Shown in pieces: positions 35,940-45,250 of a stretch of 64,000 nucleotides of DNA. The stretch is from Longimicrobiales bacterium (GTDB lineage: Bacteria > Gemmatimonadota > Gemmatimonadetes > Longimicrobiales > Gaopeijiaceae): contig OZ241869.1 in NCBI GenBank assembly GCA_965202805.1, positions 3,584,001-3,648,000 of the forward strand, in the 5' to 3' direction. The position numbers and the translations under genes were made by a program. How positions within the stretch are numbered: the stretch's first letter is position 1; every line of letters begins with the position of its first letter. Below the pieces are notes generated by a model. The model saw nothing but the letters and a program-made list of their open reading frames with translations, ran no database searches and was not told the DNA's origin.

Positions 35940-38024
35940 ATGAATTGGTCGGCGGGCTGTCAACTTCGTCCGGGGGGAAGAAGTCGTCAACCGGTGCTTG
36001 CGCTGAATAGTCGGGCGACGTCCGGTTCCAGCCGCGCGGCGCCCCTTCGCACGGCGGGTCTCGCCTCCCTCCTGGCGCTCGTTCCGATCGTTGTCTCCTG
36101 CGGCACCGCGCGGTCCGGCAGCCCCTCGCCCGAGCCGCCCGCGGCGACGCAGCGCCCGGCCCCGGAAACACCCCCTCCGGCCGGCCGCACGGCACCCCCT
36201 CAGGCCGATCGAGCGGCTCAGCCCTCCTCTTCCGCAGGGTCCGCGGCCGAGACTCCGACCGTTGCCCCCTCGCGCGCAGACGCGGCCCGAGCCGCCGGCG
36301 AAGCATCGACCCCCGACCCTCCGGCCGCCGAACCATCCGGCGCCTGGGCGTCCTCCGTCCTGGAGGCGATGACCCTCGAGGAGAAGGCTGGTCAGTTGCT
36401 GATGCCCTGGATGCTCGGCGACTTCGCGCCCGCGGGCTCCGAGGACTTCGAGCGCATGGCCGAGGCGGTGCGCGACGACGGGGTCGGCGGCGTGATCGTG
36501 TCGGTCGGCTCTCCATCGGAGGTGGCCGCCAAGATCAACAACCTGCAGTCGCTGGCGAAATACCCGCTGCTGGTCGGGTCGGACCTGGAGAGCGGGGCCG
36601 GCTACCGCATGCGCGGGGCGGTCTACCTGCCCAACAACATCGAGCTGGGCGGCGCCACCCTGTTCCCGTCGCTGATGGCGGTGGGCGCCACGGGCGACGA
36701 CAGCCTGGCCTGGGAGGTGGGCCGCGTCACCGCCGTGGAGGCGCGCGCGGTGGGCGTCCATCTCCCGTTCGCGCCGGTGCTTGACGTGAACAACAACCCG
36801 GACAACCCGGTCATCGCCACCCGCTCCTTCGGCGAGGACCCCGCCGCGGTGGCCCGCCTCGGCGCCGCCTTCGTGCGCGGGCTTCAGGAGCACGGCGCGG
36901 TCGCGACCGGCAAGCACTTCCCGGGTCACGGCGACACCGGAGTGGATTCCCACGTGGCTCTGCCCGTGATCCGCGTGGACCGCGAGCGCCTGGACCGGGT
37001 CGAGCTGCGTCCCTTCCGCGCGGCGGTCGATGCCGGCATGGGCGCCGTCATGAGCGCGCACGTGTCCATCCCCTCCGTGACCGGCTCCGCCTCGATGCCC
37101 GCCACCCTCTCCCCGGCGGTCCTCTCCGACCTGCTGCGCGGAGAGATGGGATTCGATGGCCTGATCGTGACCGACGCCATGAACATGGCCGCGATCACGC
37201 GCCGATTCGGGGCCCGCGACGCGGTCGTGCGCGCGCTCGAGGCCGGCGCCGACATCATCCTCATGCCCGAAAACCCCCGCAGAGCGCGCGAGAGCCTGGT
37301 GGCCGCGGTCCGCTCCGGCCGCGTCAGCGAAGCGCGCCTGGACCGGTCGGTGGCCCGCATCCTCGACTTGAAGGAACGCATGGGGCTGGACCGCGAGCGC
37401 TACACCGACATCTCCCGGATCCACCGCAAGGTCGGCATCCCCGAGCATGTGGACCGCGCCACGGAGGTCGCAGAGGCGTCGATCACCCTCCTGCGCAACC
37501 GCCGCAACCTGCTCTCGCTGCGCGGAACCCGCACCGCCAACGTCCTTTCCGTCACCTACCGCAGCCGCAGCAACCTGCTTGCCGGACGCTACTTTAATAC
37601 TCGCGTGCGCGAGACCTACCGGCGGCTGCGCACCGAAGACGTGCACGGGGACACCGACGACCGCGAGTACGAGCGCCTGCTCGCGCGCGCCGCCCGCTCG
37701 GACCTGGTCATCGTGTCCGCGTACATACTCGCGGCCCGCACCGACGGCCAGCCGAACGTGCCCGAGCCATTCTCCGACTTCGTGCAGGCGCTGGCGGACC
37801 GGGGCGTGCCGCACGTCGTCATCTCCTTCGGCAACCCGTATCTGCTCTCCGACCTTCCCGAAGCCCAGGCGTACATGCTGGCCTGGAGCGCAGCGGAGGT
37901 CAGCCAGATCGCCGCGGCGCGAGCACTCTTCGGCGAAATCCCCATCCGCGGGCGCACACCCACCCGCCTGCCCCCCTTCTTCGATATCGGAGACGGGATC
38001 CAGCTGCCCCAGAGAAGGAGGTAG
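35940..38024 (+). CDS. nagZ: GH3 beta-N-acetylglucosaminidase lipoprotein (two-domain NagZ type)
   Basis: KHFPGHGDTGVDSH NagZ signature, TDAMNM nucleophile, C-terminal SFGNPY; lipobox VVSC; start uncertain. Confidence 0.9.
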   Translation: MNWSAGCQLRPGGRSRQPVLALNSRATSGSSRAAPLRTAGLASLLALVPIVVSCGTARSGSPSPEPPAATQRPAPETPPPAGRTAPPQADRAAQPSSSAGSAAETPTVAPSRADAARAAGEASTPDPPAAEPSGAWASSVLEAMTLEEKAGQLLMPWMLGDFAPAGSEDFERMAEAVRDDGVGGVIVSVGSPSEVAAKINNLQSLAKYPLLVGSDLESGAGYRMRGAVYLPNNIELGGATLFPSLMAVGATGDDSLAWEVGRVTAVEARAVGVHLPFAPVLDVNNNPDNPVIATRSFGEDPAAVARLGAAFVRGLQEHGAVATGKHFPGHGDTGVDSHVALPVIRVDRERLDRVELRPFRAAVDAGMGAVMSAHVSIPSVTGSASMPATLSPAVLSDLLRGEMGFDGLIVTDAMNMAAITRRFGARDAVVRALEAGADIILMPENPRRARESLVAAVRSGRVSEARLDRSVARILDLKERMGLDRERYTDISRIHRKVGIPEHVDRATEVAEASITLLRNRRNLLSLRGTRTANVLSVTYRSRSNLLAGRYFNTRVRETYRRLRTEDVHGDTDDREYERLLARAARSDLVIVSAYILAARTDGQPNVPEPFSDFVQALADRGVPHVVISFGNPYLLSDLPEAQAYMLAWSAAEVSQIAAARALFGEIPIRGRTPTRLPPFFDIGDGIQLPQRRR

Positions 38025-38030
38025 CGCGAC

Positions 38031-41000
38031 GTGAGACACGCCAAGCGGGCCGGAATGGCCGTCCGGTGGCCGGCGCCGGCGTTGTCGGTCCTCCTGCTCG
38101 CCGCCTCGGGAGCCTGCGATAGCGCCGCTCCGGGTTCCGGCGGAGCCGAAGGGTCCTTCGAGGCGGCGTATTACGATGAGCTCGATGCCCGGGCGAGTAC
38201 ATGGGTGGATGAGACGCTCGCTTCGCTGTCCCTGCGCGAGCGCATCGCGCAACTCGTGGTTCCCTGGATCCCCGGCGCCTACGCCTCGTCGAGCGACGCC
38301 AGCTTCCGCACGCTGGAGCGATGGGTGGCGGAGGAGGGCATCGGAGGCGTCGTCATCTCGATCGGCTCGCCCCACTCCTACGCCTCGCTCCTGAACCGCC
38401 TCCAGAACGCGGCCCGCGTCCCGCTGCTGGTGACCGCGGACTTCGAGAACGGGGGGCCGGGGATGCGGGTCAACCACTCCTACGCCCTTCCCACGCTGCT
38501 CCCGCAGGGCGGAGGCACCAGCTTTCCGCCCACGATGGCCTTCGGCGCCATCGGCGACCCGGCGTTCGCGTACGAGTACGGGCGCATCACGGCGGTGGAG
38601 GCGCGGGCGCTCGGCGTCCACCTGAACTTCGCCCCGGTCCTCGACGTCAATTCCAATCCCGAGAACCCCATCATCAACACCCGAGCCTTCGGCGAGGACC
38701 CGGAGGCGGTGGCGGAGCTCGGAGCGGCGTACATCGAGGGTGCGCGCGCCGGGGGCGTGCTCACCACCGCCAAGCACTTTCCGGGTCACGGCGACACCCG
38801 CACCGACTCGCACATCGAGCTTCCGGTGGTGACCGCGGACAAGGGCCGCCTTGAGGCGATGGAGCTGGTGCCGTTCCGGCGTGCCGTGTCCGCCGGCGTG
38901 GACGCGGTGATGACCGCCCACGTCGCGGTGCCCGCCATCCTGGGCGACGACGTTCCGGCGACGCTCTCGCCCTACTTCCTGACCGAACTCCTGCGCGAGG
39001 ACATGGCGTTCGACGGCCTGGTCTTCACCGATGCCCTGCGGATGGGCGCCATCTCGCGCGGATACGGCGCCGGAGAGGCGGCGGTGCTGGCGCTGGAAGC
39101 GGGCTCCGACGTGCTCCTCGCACCCGAGGATGTGGGCGAGGCCATCGACGCGGTGGAGGTCGCGGTGCGCACGGGCCGGATGGCGCGCCAACGCATCGAC
39201 CGCTCGGTTCGCCTGCTGCTGGCCGCCAAGGCGCGCGTGGGACTCCACGAGCGCCGCACCGTCGACATGGCGGCCGTCGCCGACGTGGCGGGTTCGGCCC
39301 GGCACCTGACCTTCGCCGACCTCGCCGCCGAGCGTTCGGTCACCCTGGTGCGCGACCGCGACGGCCTGGTGCCGCTCCCCGCGGGATCCCGCGGCCGGGT
39401 GGTGAGCGTCACCTGGGCCCGCGACCAGAACCTGGTCGCCGGACGCGAGTTCGACCGGGTGGCCGCGCACTTCGCGGACAGCTTCCGGAGCCTGCGCCTC
39501 GACGAGGGATCGGATCCGGCGGCGTACCAGGCGGTCCAGACGGCCGCGCGCGATGCGGACGTGGTGCTCCTGAACGTGTACGTGCCCCCGTTCGCAGGGG
39601 CGGGCTCGGTGGCGGTCCCGGATGCGCTGCGCGACATGGTGCGCGAGCTCTCCGCGCGCGGCGCGCTGGTGGTCTCTTCCTTCGGCAACCCCTACTCGCT
39701 GAGCGCCTTCGAGGACCTGGGCAGCTACCTCATCGCCTGGGGCAGCCACGAGGTCTCGCAGCGCGCCGGCGCCTTCGCGCTCATGGGGGCGGCGGAGATC
39801 TCCGGGACGCTTCCCATCAGCATTCCTCCCGATCACGCGGCGGGCGACGGGCTCCGCCGGGAGGCGCTGCCCGAACCGGCGGCGGTCCGCGAGGCCGTGA
39901 TGGCCGTGCCCTCGTGGGTCGTGCAGCCGCTCGAGTTCGTGACCGCAGCGCGCGCCGCGGATGACGGCCAGGAAGCGCAAGGGCAGATCTCCCCGCTGGA
40001 AGGCGATGCCGCCGCCGCGGGGATGTCGGAAGCCGTCCTGCAGGCGCTCGACCGCCGCATCCTCGAGGCCATCGCCGACTCGGCCAGCCCGGGCGCCGCG
40101 CTTGCGGTGGTGCGCCACGGCCAACTGGTGCGCCTGCGCGGCTACGGCCGCCTGGACTGGGACCCCGACTCCGTCCCCGCCACCCCGTCCTCCATCTACG
40201 ACATGGCCTCGGTCACCAAGGTGATGGCCACCACCACGGCCGCGATGATCCTGGTCGACGAGGGCCGCCTCGACCTGGACGCTCCCGTGGTCCGTTACCT
40301 CCCGTGGTGGTCGGCGGGCGACCCGCGCAAGGAGGCGGTCACCGTGCGCCAGTTGCTGCTGCACCGGGGCGGGCTGCCTCCCTTCCGCCGCTTCTTCCTG
40401 GAGATGGAGGGCGTAGAGGCCTACCAGCAGGCCATCGCCGCTCTGCCTCTCGACTACGCGCCCGGCGACAGCACCGTGTATTCCGACATCGGCATGATGA
40501 CGGTGGCGTGGGCGATCGAGGAGATCACCGGCGAACCCCTGGACCTCTTCCTGGGCGCGCGCGTCTGGGACCCGCTCGGGATGCAGGACACCGGCTTCCG
40601 GCCCGACTCGGCGCTGCACGGGCGTGTGGCCCCCACCGAAATCGACGCCGACTACCGGGGCGTCCACGTGCGCGGCGTGGTCCACGACGAGAACGCCTGG
40701 GCGGTGGGGGGCGTGGCCGGCCACGCCGGCCTCTTCTCCTCCGCGCGCGACATCGCCGTCTTCGCCGCCATGATGCTGGACGGAGGCCGCGCCGGCCCCT
40801 GCGACGGAACGTCGGCCACGCCCTGCAGCGCGTTCCGGCCCGGGACGGTGCGCGTCGTCGAGCCTTCCACGGTGGACGGCTTCACCGCCCGCCACGACGC
40901 CGGCGCCAGCCGCGCCACCGGCTGGGACACGCCATCCGGCAACTCGTCGGCGGGCCGCTTCTTCACCGGGCGCGCCTTCGGCCACACCGGCTTCACCGGG

Positions 41001-41168
41001 CCGTCGGTGTGGATCGACCCCGAACTCGACCTGGCCGTAGTGTTGCTCCTCAACCGGGTCAACCCCACCCGCGAGAACACCCGGCACGTCCCGCTGCGGC
41101 GGGATATCCACGACCTCGCCGCCCAGGCCGTAACCGACCTCGAAATCGAGCCCCGGCCGCCGTCGTGA
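38031..41168 (+). CDS. GH3 NagZ fused to a C-terminal serine hydrolase (beta-lactamase/AmiE-like)
   Basis: KHFPGHGDTRTDSH, TDALRM; C-domain MASVTK (SxxK), YSD, GVVHDENA, GHAGLFS, FGHTGFTG. Confidence 0.92.
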   Translation: MRHAKRAGMAVRWPAPALSVLLLAASGACDSAAPGSGGAEGSFEAAYYDELDARASTWVDETLASLSLRERIAQLVVPWIPGAYASSSDASFRTLERWVAEEGIGGVVISIGSPHSYASLLNRLQNAARVPLLVTADFENGGPGMRVNHSYALPTLLPQGGGTSFPPTMAFGAIGDPAFAYEYGRITAVEARALGVHLNFAPVLDVNSNPENPIINTRAFGEDPEAVAELGAAYIEGARAGGVLTTAKHFPGHGDTRTDSHIELPVVTADKGRLEAMELVPFRRAVSAGVDAVMTAHVAVPAILGDDVPATLSPYFLTELLREDMAFDGLVFTDALRMGAISRGYGAGEAAVLALEAGSDVLLAPEDVGEAIDAVEVAVRTGRMARQRIDRSVRLLLAAKARVGLHERRTVDMAAVADVAGSARHLTFADLAAERSVTLVRDRDGLVPLPAGSRGRVVSVTWARDQNLVAGREFDRVAAHFADSFRSLRLDEGSDPAAYQAVQTAARDADVVLLNVYVPPFAGAGSVAVPDALRDMVRELSARGALVVSSFGNPYSLSAFEDLGSYLIAWGSHEVSQRAGAFALMGAAEISGTLPISIPPDHAAGDGLRREALPEPAAVREAVMAVPSWVVQPLEFVTAARAADDGQEAQGQISPLEGDAAAAGMSEAVLQALDRRILEAIADSASPGAALAVVRHGQLVRLRGYGRLDWDPDSVPATPSSIYDMASVTKVMATTTAAMILVDEGRLDLDAPVVRYLPWWSAGDPRKEAVTVRQLLLHRGGLPPFRRFFLEMEGVEAYQQAIAALPLDYAPGDSTVYSDIGMMTVAWAIEEITGEPLDLFLGARVWDPLGMQDTGFRPDSALHGRVAPTEIDADYRGVHVRGVVHDENAWAVGGVAGHAGLFSSARDIAVFAAMMLDGGRAGPCDGTSATPCSAFRPGTVRVVEPSTVDGFTARHDAGASRATGWDTPSGNSSAGRFFTGRAFGHTGFTGPSVWIDPELDLAVVLLLNRVNPTRENTRHVPLRRDIHDLAAQAVTDLEIEPRPPS

Positions 41169-41268
41169 TCCTCCGCGACGGGCCCGTTGTCGGCCCCTTG
41201 TGCATGGCGGCCTCGCCAGCCTGGATCGGGCACCCGCGCGCACATCGCACCCGTGGCGCAACCGGCGC

Positions 41269-42711
41269 ATGAACGGCTTCGGAGGCTTCGACCTGGCCGT
41301 GCTGGTGGCCTACCTGGCCGCCACCACCGCCTGGGGCGCCTGGCTGGGCCGCCGCCAGCGGGGCGGGGCGGACTATTTCCTGGGGAACCGCAGGCTGCCC
41401 TGGGGGGCGGTGCTCCTGTCGGTGGTGGCCACCGAGACCAGCACGCTGACGTTTCTCTCCATCCCCGGGGTCGCGTACCTGGGCACCCTGGGCTTCCTGC
41501 AGCTCACCTTCGGATACCTGGCCGGCCGGGTGGTGGTCGCCTCCCTGCTGCTGCCCGCATACTACCGCGGCGAGCTCAAGACAGCCTACGCCCTCCTGGG
41601 CGCCCGCTTCGGCAGCGGGGTGCGGCGCCTCACCTCGGCGATCTTCATGGTCACCCGGCTCCTCGCCGACTCCGTGCGCCTCTTCGCCACCGCGATCCCG
41701 CTCGCGCTGGTCACCGACTGGCCCTACCCGCTCTCCATCCTGGTGATCGGGGCGCTCACGGTGGTCTACACCTACTTCGGCGGCATCAAGGCGGTCGTCT
41801 GGGTGGATGCCGTGCAGATGGCGCTCTACCTGGTGGGGGCGGCCATCGCGGTCGTGGTCCTGCAGGGTCTAGTCGATGGGGGATGGGGGGCGATCCTGGC
41901 CCAGGCGGGAGCGGCGGGCAAGCTCAGCATCGTGGACCTCTCGCTCGACTTCTCGGTGCCCTACACCCTGTGGGCGGGACTGCTGGGCGGCGGGTTCCTG
42001 GCGATGGCGTCCCACGGCACCGACCAGCTCATCGTGCAGCGGCTGCTCACCTGCAAGGACCTGGCGGCCAGCCGCAGGGCGCTCATCGGGAGCGGCGTGG
42101 CGGTCGTCGGCCAGTTCGCCGTCTTCCTGCTGGTGGGGCTCGGCCTCTGGGCCTTCTACGAGAACCGCGCCTTCGACGCCTCCGACGAGATCTTCGCGCG
42201 CTTCATCGTCGAGGAGCTTCCCGCCGGCGTGACCGGACTTCTGATCGCGGGCGTGTTCGCGGCGGCGATGTCGTCGCTCTCCTCCTCCATCAACTCGCTG
42301 GCGTCCTCCTCCGCCTACGACTTCTGGGCCCCCGCCCGCGGCATCGACGACGACGCGCGCATCCTGCGGGCCGGCAAGCTCTTCACCCTGATGTGGGCCG
42401 GGTTGCTGGTCGGAGGCGCGATCCTCTTCATCCCGCTGAGCACGGGCACCAGCGCGGTGGAGGTTGCCCTGGCCGTCGCCTCCCTGGTGTACGGCGGGCT
42501 GCTGGGGGCCTTCGCGCTGGGGGTGTTGTCGCGCCGCGCCACTGCGGGGGGAACGGCGGCGGGCATGGTGACCGGCATCGGCGCGGTTACGGCCATCTGG
42601 ATCCTCGCGCCGGACCGCGTGGCGTGGCCCTGGTTCGTGCTCATCGGGACGGCGATCACCGCGGCGGTGGGGATGGCGCTGGGCAGGGCGCGGACAGCCG
42701 ACAGCGCCTGA
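41269..42711 (+). CDS. Sodium:solute symporter family transporter
   Basis: DYFLGNR.LPW, SVVATETS, GGIKAVVW.D, GTDQ..VQR, AAAMSSLSSSINSLA. Confidence 0.93.
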   Translation: MNGFGGFDLAVLVAYLAATTAWGAWLGRRQRGGADYFLGNRRLPWGAVLLSVVATETSTLTFLSIPGVAYLGTLGFLQLTFGYLAGRVVVASLLLPAYYRGELKTAYALLGARFGSGVRRLTSAIFMVTRLLADSVRLFATAIPLALVTDWPYPLSILVIGALTVVYTYFGGIKAVVWVDAVQMALYLVGAAIAVVVLQGLVDGGWGAILAQAGAAGKLSIVDLSLDFSVPYTLWAGLLGGGFLAMASHGTDQLIVQRLLTCKDLAASRRALIGSGVAVVGQFAVFLLVGLGLWAFYENRAFDASDEIFARFIVEELPAGVTGLLIAGVFAAAMSSLSSSINSLASSSAYDFWAPARGIDDDARILRAGKLFTLMWAGLLVGGAILFIPLSTGTSAVEVALAVASLVYGGLLGAFALGVLSRRATAGGTAAGMVTGIGAVTAIWILAPDRVAWPWFVLIGTAITAAVGMALGRARTADSA

Positions 42712-42739
42712 TGCGAACCCCAGCCATCGATCCACCCCC

Positions 42740-43657
42740 GTGACAGCCCCCCTGGTCGCGGGCGTCGACGGGGGCGGCACCCGCACCGGCGTCCTGCTGC
42801 TCGCCCGCGACGGCACGACCGCCGGCCGGGCGGAAGGCCCCGCCGCCCTGGTGCGCCCCGACCACCCCGCCGCCGCCGCCCGCGTGGTCGCCGACACCGT
42901 GCGTCGCGCCGCCGCCGCGGCCGGGGCCGCCCTCCCGCTCCCCGCCCTGTGGGCCGGCCTGGCCGGCGCCGGCCGACCGAGCGTGCGCCGCGACCTGGAA
43001 GCGGCCCTGCGGGACGAACAGATCGCCCGCACCGTGCGAGTCGGCACGGACGTGCAGGCGGCCTTCCACGACGCCTTCGGGGCCGGCCCGGGCGTGGTGG
43101 TGGTGGCCGGCACCGGCTCGGTCGTGCTGGGGGCTGCGCAAGACGGCCGCCGCCTGCAGGTCGGCGGTTGGGGCGGGGTGATGGGCGACGAAGGAAGCGG
43201 CTACCACGTCGGTGTGTCGGCCCTGCGGGCGGTCGCGCGCGCCGCCGACGGCCGCGCCCCCCCGACCGCCCTCACCGCCGCCGTCCTCGACCACCTGGGC
43301 CTCGCCCGCCCACGCGACCTGCCCGCCTGGGCCGAATCCGCCGCCAAGGCCGACATCGCCGCCCTCGCGCCCCTCGCGATCCGCACCGCCCGCTCCGGCG
43401 ACGCCGCCGCGCAGACCATCGTCCGGCGCGCCCTGGACGCCCTCGGCGATCAACTCTCCGCCGCCATCCGCCAACTCTTCCCGTCCGCGTCAGACACCCC
43501 ACCTCCCGTCGCTCTCGCCGGCGGCCTCATCGCCCCGGACGGCCCGTTGCGCGACGATCTGGAGCACCTCGTCGCCTCGGCCGGCGGCCGTCTGCTGCCG
43601 CGCACCGTCACCCCCGAGCGCGGCGCCGCCCGCCTGGCGATCACCCTCCTGGACTGA
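42740..43657 (+). CDS. BadF/BadG/BcrA-type N-acetylglucosamine/MurNAc kinase
   Basis: GVDGGGTRT, VVAGTGS, VGGWG..MGDEGSG. Confidence 0.9.
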   Translation: MTAPLVAGVDGGGTRTGVLLLARDGTTAGRAEGPAALVRPDHPAAAARVVADTVRRAAAAAGAALPLPALWAGLAGAGRPSVRRDLEAALRDEQIARTVRVGTDVQAAFHDAFGAGPGVVVVAGTGSVVLGAAQDGRRLQVGGWGGVMGDEGSGYHVGVSALRAVARAADGRAPPTALTAAVLDHLGLARPRDLPAWAESAAKADIAALAPLAIRTARSGDAAAQTIVRRALDALGDQLSAAIRQLFPSASDTPPPVALAGGLIAPDGPLRDDLEHLVASAGGRLLPRTVTPERGAARLAITLLD

Positions 43658-43980
43658 CCACCCACGACACCCGCATCCTGCCATTTGGGCAGACTCTTCC
43701 CCGTACCTCGCCCGGATCCGCCCTGCTCTGGCGGTACCCGGTTACCTGCGGACGCCGCTCCTTCGGCTGACTCCATTGAAGCGGTGCCCGAGGTACCCAC
43801 GGACTACGGACTCTCGGGATAGGCGTCCGGGTCGGTCCAGGACCGCAGAAAGGGTCGTCCCATCCCGCCATTCTTCCGCCCGCCGCCCCCGGCGATCGTT
43901 CCCCGCAGAAGACCGAAGGTCCGGCGTCGCGGCCCCGATGCCACCCTTCGCCGCCCTTTCCTGCCGGGGACCCGCCCACC

Positions 43981-45018
43981 ATGCCAGGTAAGCGCGAGCC
44001 ACCCACCCGACCGAAGCACGACGCGTCCTACAAGAACTTCTTCACCCACCCGCGCACCATCGCCGACACACTGCGCGCGGTGGCCGGTGACCTCAGCCGA
44101 CACCTCGACTTCACCACCCTGGAACGCATGCCCGCCAGCTTCGTCACCGAGCACCTCAGCCAGCGGCACACTGACATGCTCTGGCGCATCGAAACCACCC
44201 AGGGCGGCTGGGCCTACATCCTGATCCTGCTGGAGTTCCAATCCACGATCGACCGCCGGATGGCCCTGCGAATGTCGGACTACACGACCACCATCTGGAT
44301 GCGGCTCGGCAAGGAGGATCTGGGACCGCGCGGCGAATACCCCTTTGTGCTGCCCATCGTCATCTACAACGGAGAACGGCGTTGGACCGCGCCAACGGAC
44401 ATCGGCGATCTGTTCGGGCCGGTGCCCGGCGAACTGCTTGGGTACCGTCCCCGCCACCGGTATCTTCTCATTGAGATCCAGTCGGAGGACCCGGCCTCGC
44501 TTCCGCCGAGCAACGTGCTCGCGATGATTGCAAGGTGCGAGCAGGCTCCCACGGCGGACCTGCTTGAGGAACTGCTCGGCCCGCTGTGGGCCTGGCTGGA
44601 CACCATTGGGGAACCGGAATTGACCGGGGCCTTCCGAAAATGGATCGGCTTGGCGGTGGCACGGCGGTTCGGTGAAGCTGGCAGGGAACTTGAACGCAAG
44701 GTCATGGAAGAGGAGAAAGGAGCGATGACGCTGTTGGAACGGGCCCGGGAGTGGGGCAAGGAGTACGACCGGCAATGGATGGAGAAGCTGGAGAAGGGCG
44801 TCGCGAGAGGCATAGCGCGGGAGCGGCAAGCATCGATCGAGCGCGAGCGCGAGCTGGTTCACCGGATGGTCACCCGCAAGTTCGGTCCCGGCACCTCCGA
44901 ACAGCTCCGCGCCATACTCGATCACATCTCCGATCCGGACGATATCGCACCCATCGCCGACGCGGTGATCGAATGTGAGACCGCCGAGGAGTTCCTGGAG
45001 CGGGTGCGGGGGGACTGA
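43981..45018 (+). CDS. Rpn family recombination-promoting nuclease / putative transposase
   Basis: HDASYK.FF.HP, SFV...L..R.TDMLW, LLEFQST.D..MALR, PIVIYNG..RW. Confidence 0.92.
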   Translation: MPGKREPPTRPKHDASYKNFFTHPRTIADTLRAVAGDLSRHLDFTTLERMPASFVTEHLSQRHTDMLWRIETTQGGWAYILILLEFQSTIDRRMALRMSDYTTTIWMRLGKEDLGPRGEYPFVLPIVIYNGERRWTAPTDIGDLFGPVPGELLGYRPRHRYLLIEIQSEDPASLPPSNVLAMIARCEQAPTADLLEELLGPLWAWLDTIGEPELTGAFRKWIGLAVARRFGEAGRELERKVMEEEKGAMTLLERAREWGKEYDRQWMEKLEKGVARGIARERQASIERERELVHRMVTRKFGPGTSEQLRAILDHISDPDDIAPIADAVIECETAEEFLERVRGD

Positions 45019-45250
45019 TCACCGGATCCCCCTCTCCGACCGACAGAATCGGAATGCGCCGAGTCCGGGTCCGCAGCCCCGGATCCCCCTCCGCGCGGTC
45101 CACCCTCGAGCAGCCCCCGCGGAAGCTTGACCTGCTCACCCGGTAGCGGTCTATTCCCGCCATGATCAAACCGTATTGCCCGTCCGCCGGGGCTTCCCCC
45201 GCCGGGCGGGATTCGCGGTTGGAGCGGCCGCACCTTCCTCTTCGGGCCTC

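Noticed and set aside
39960..41168. Beta-lactam resistance gene
   Set aside because: The SxxK domain is fused to NagZ within a cell-wall salvage cluster; an amidase/esterase role is more plausible
35907..41270. 1787-aa ORF on the minus strand
   Set aside because: Antisense shadow of the two GH3 genes, typical of high-GC DNA; no recognisable motifs. The same applies to other long antisense ORFs such as 10721-13120 and 55366-58356.
43658..43980. ncRNA or IS end upstream of rpn
   Set aside because: No terminal inverted repeats, target duplication or convincing long-range pairing found by eye
45019..45250. Riboswitch or attenuator upstream of thrA
   Set aside because: No SAM-I, lysine or T-box consensus seen; the short ORF at 45162 has no Thr/Ile/Met/Lys run
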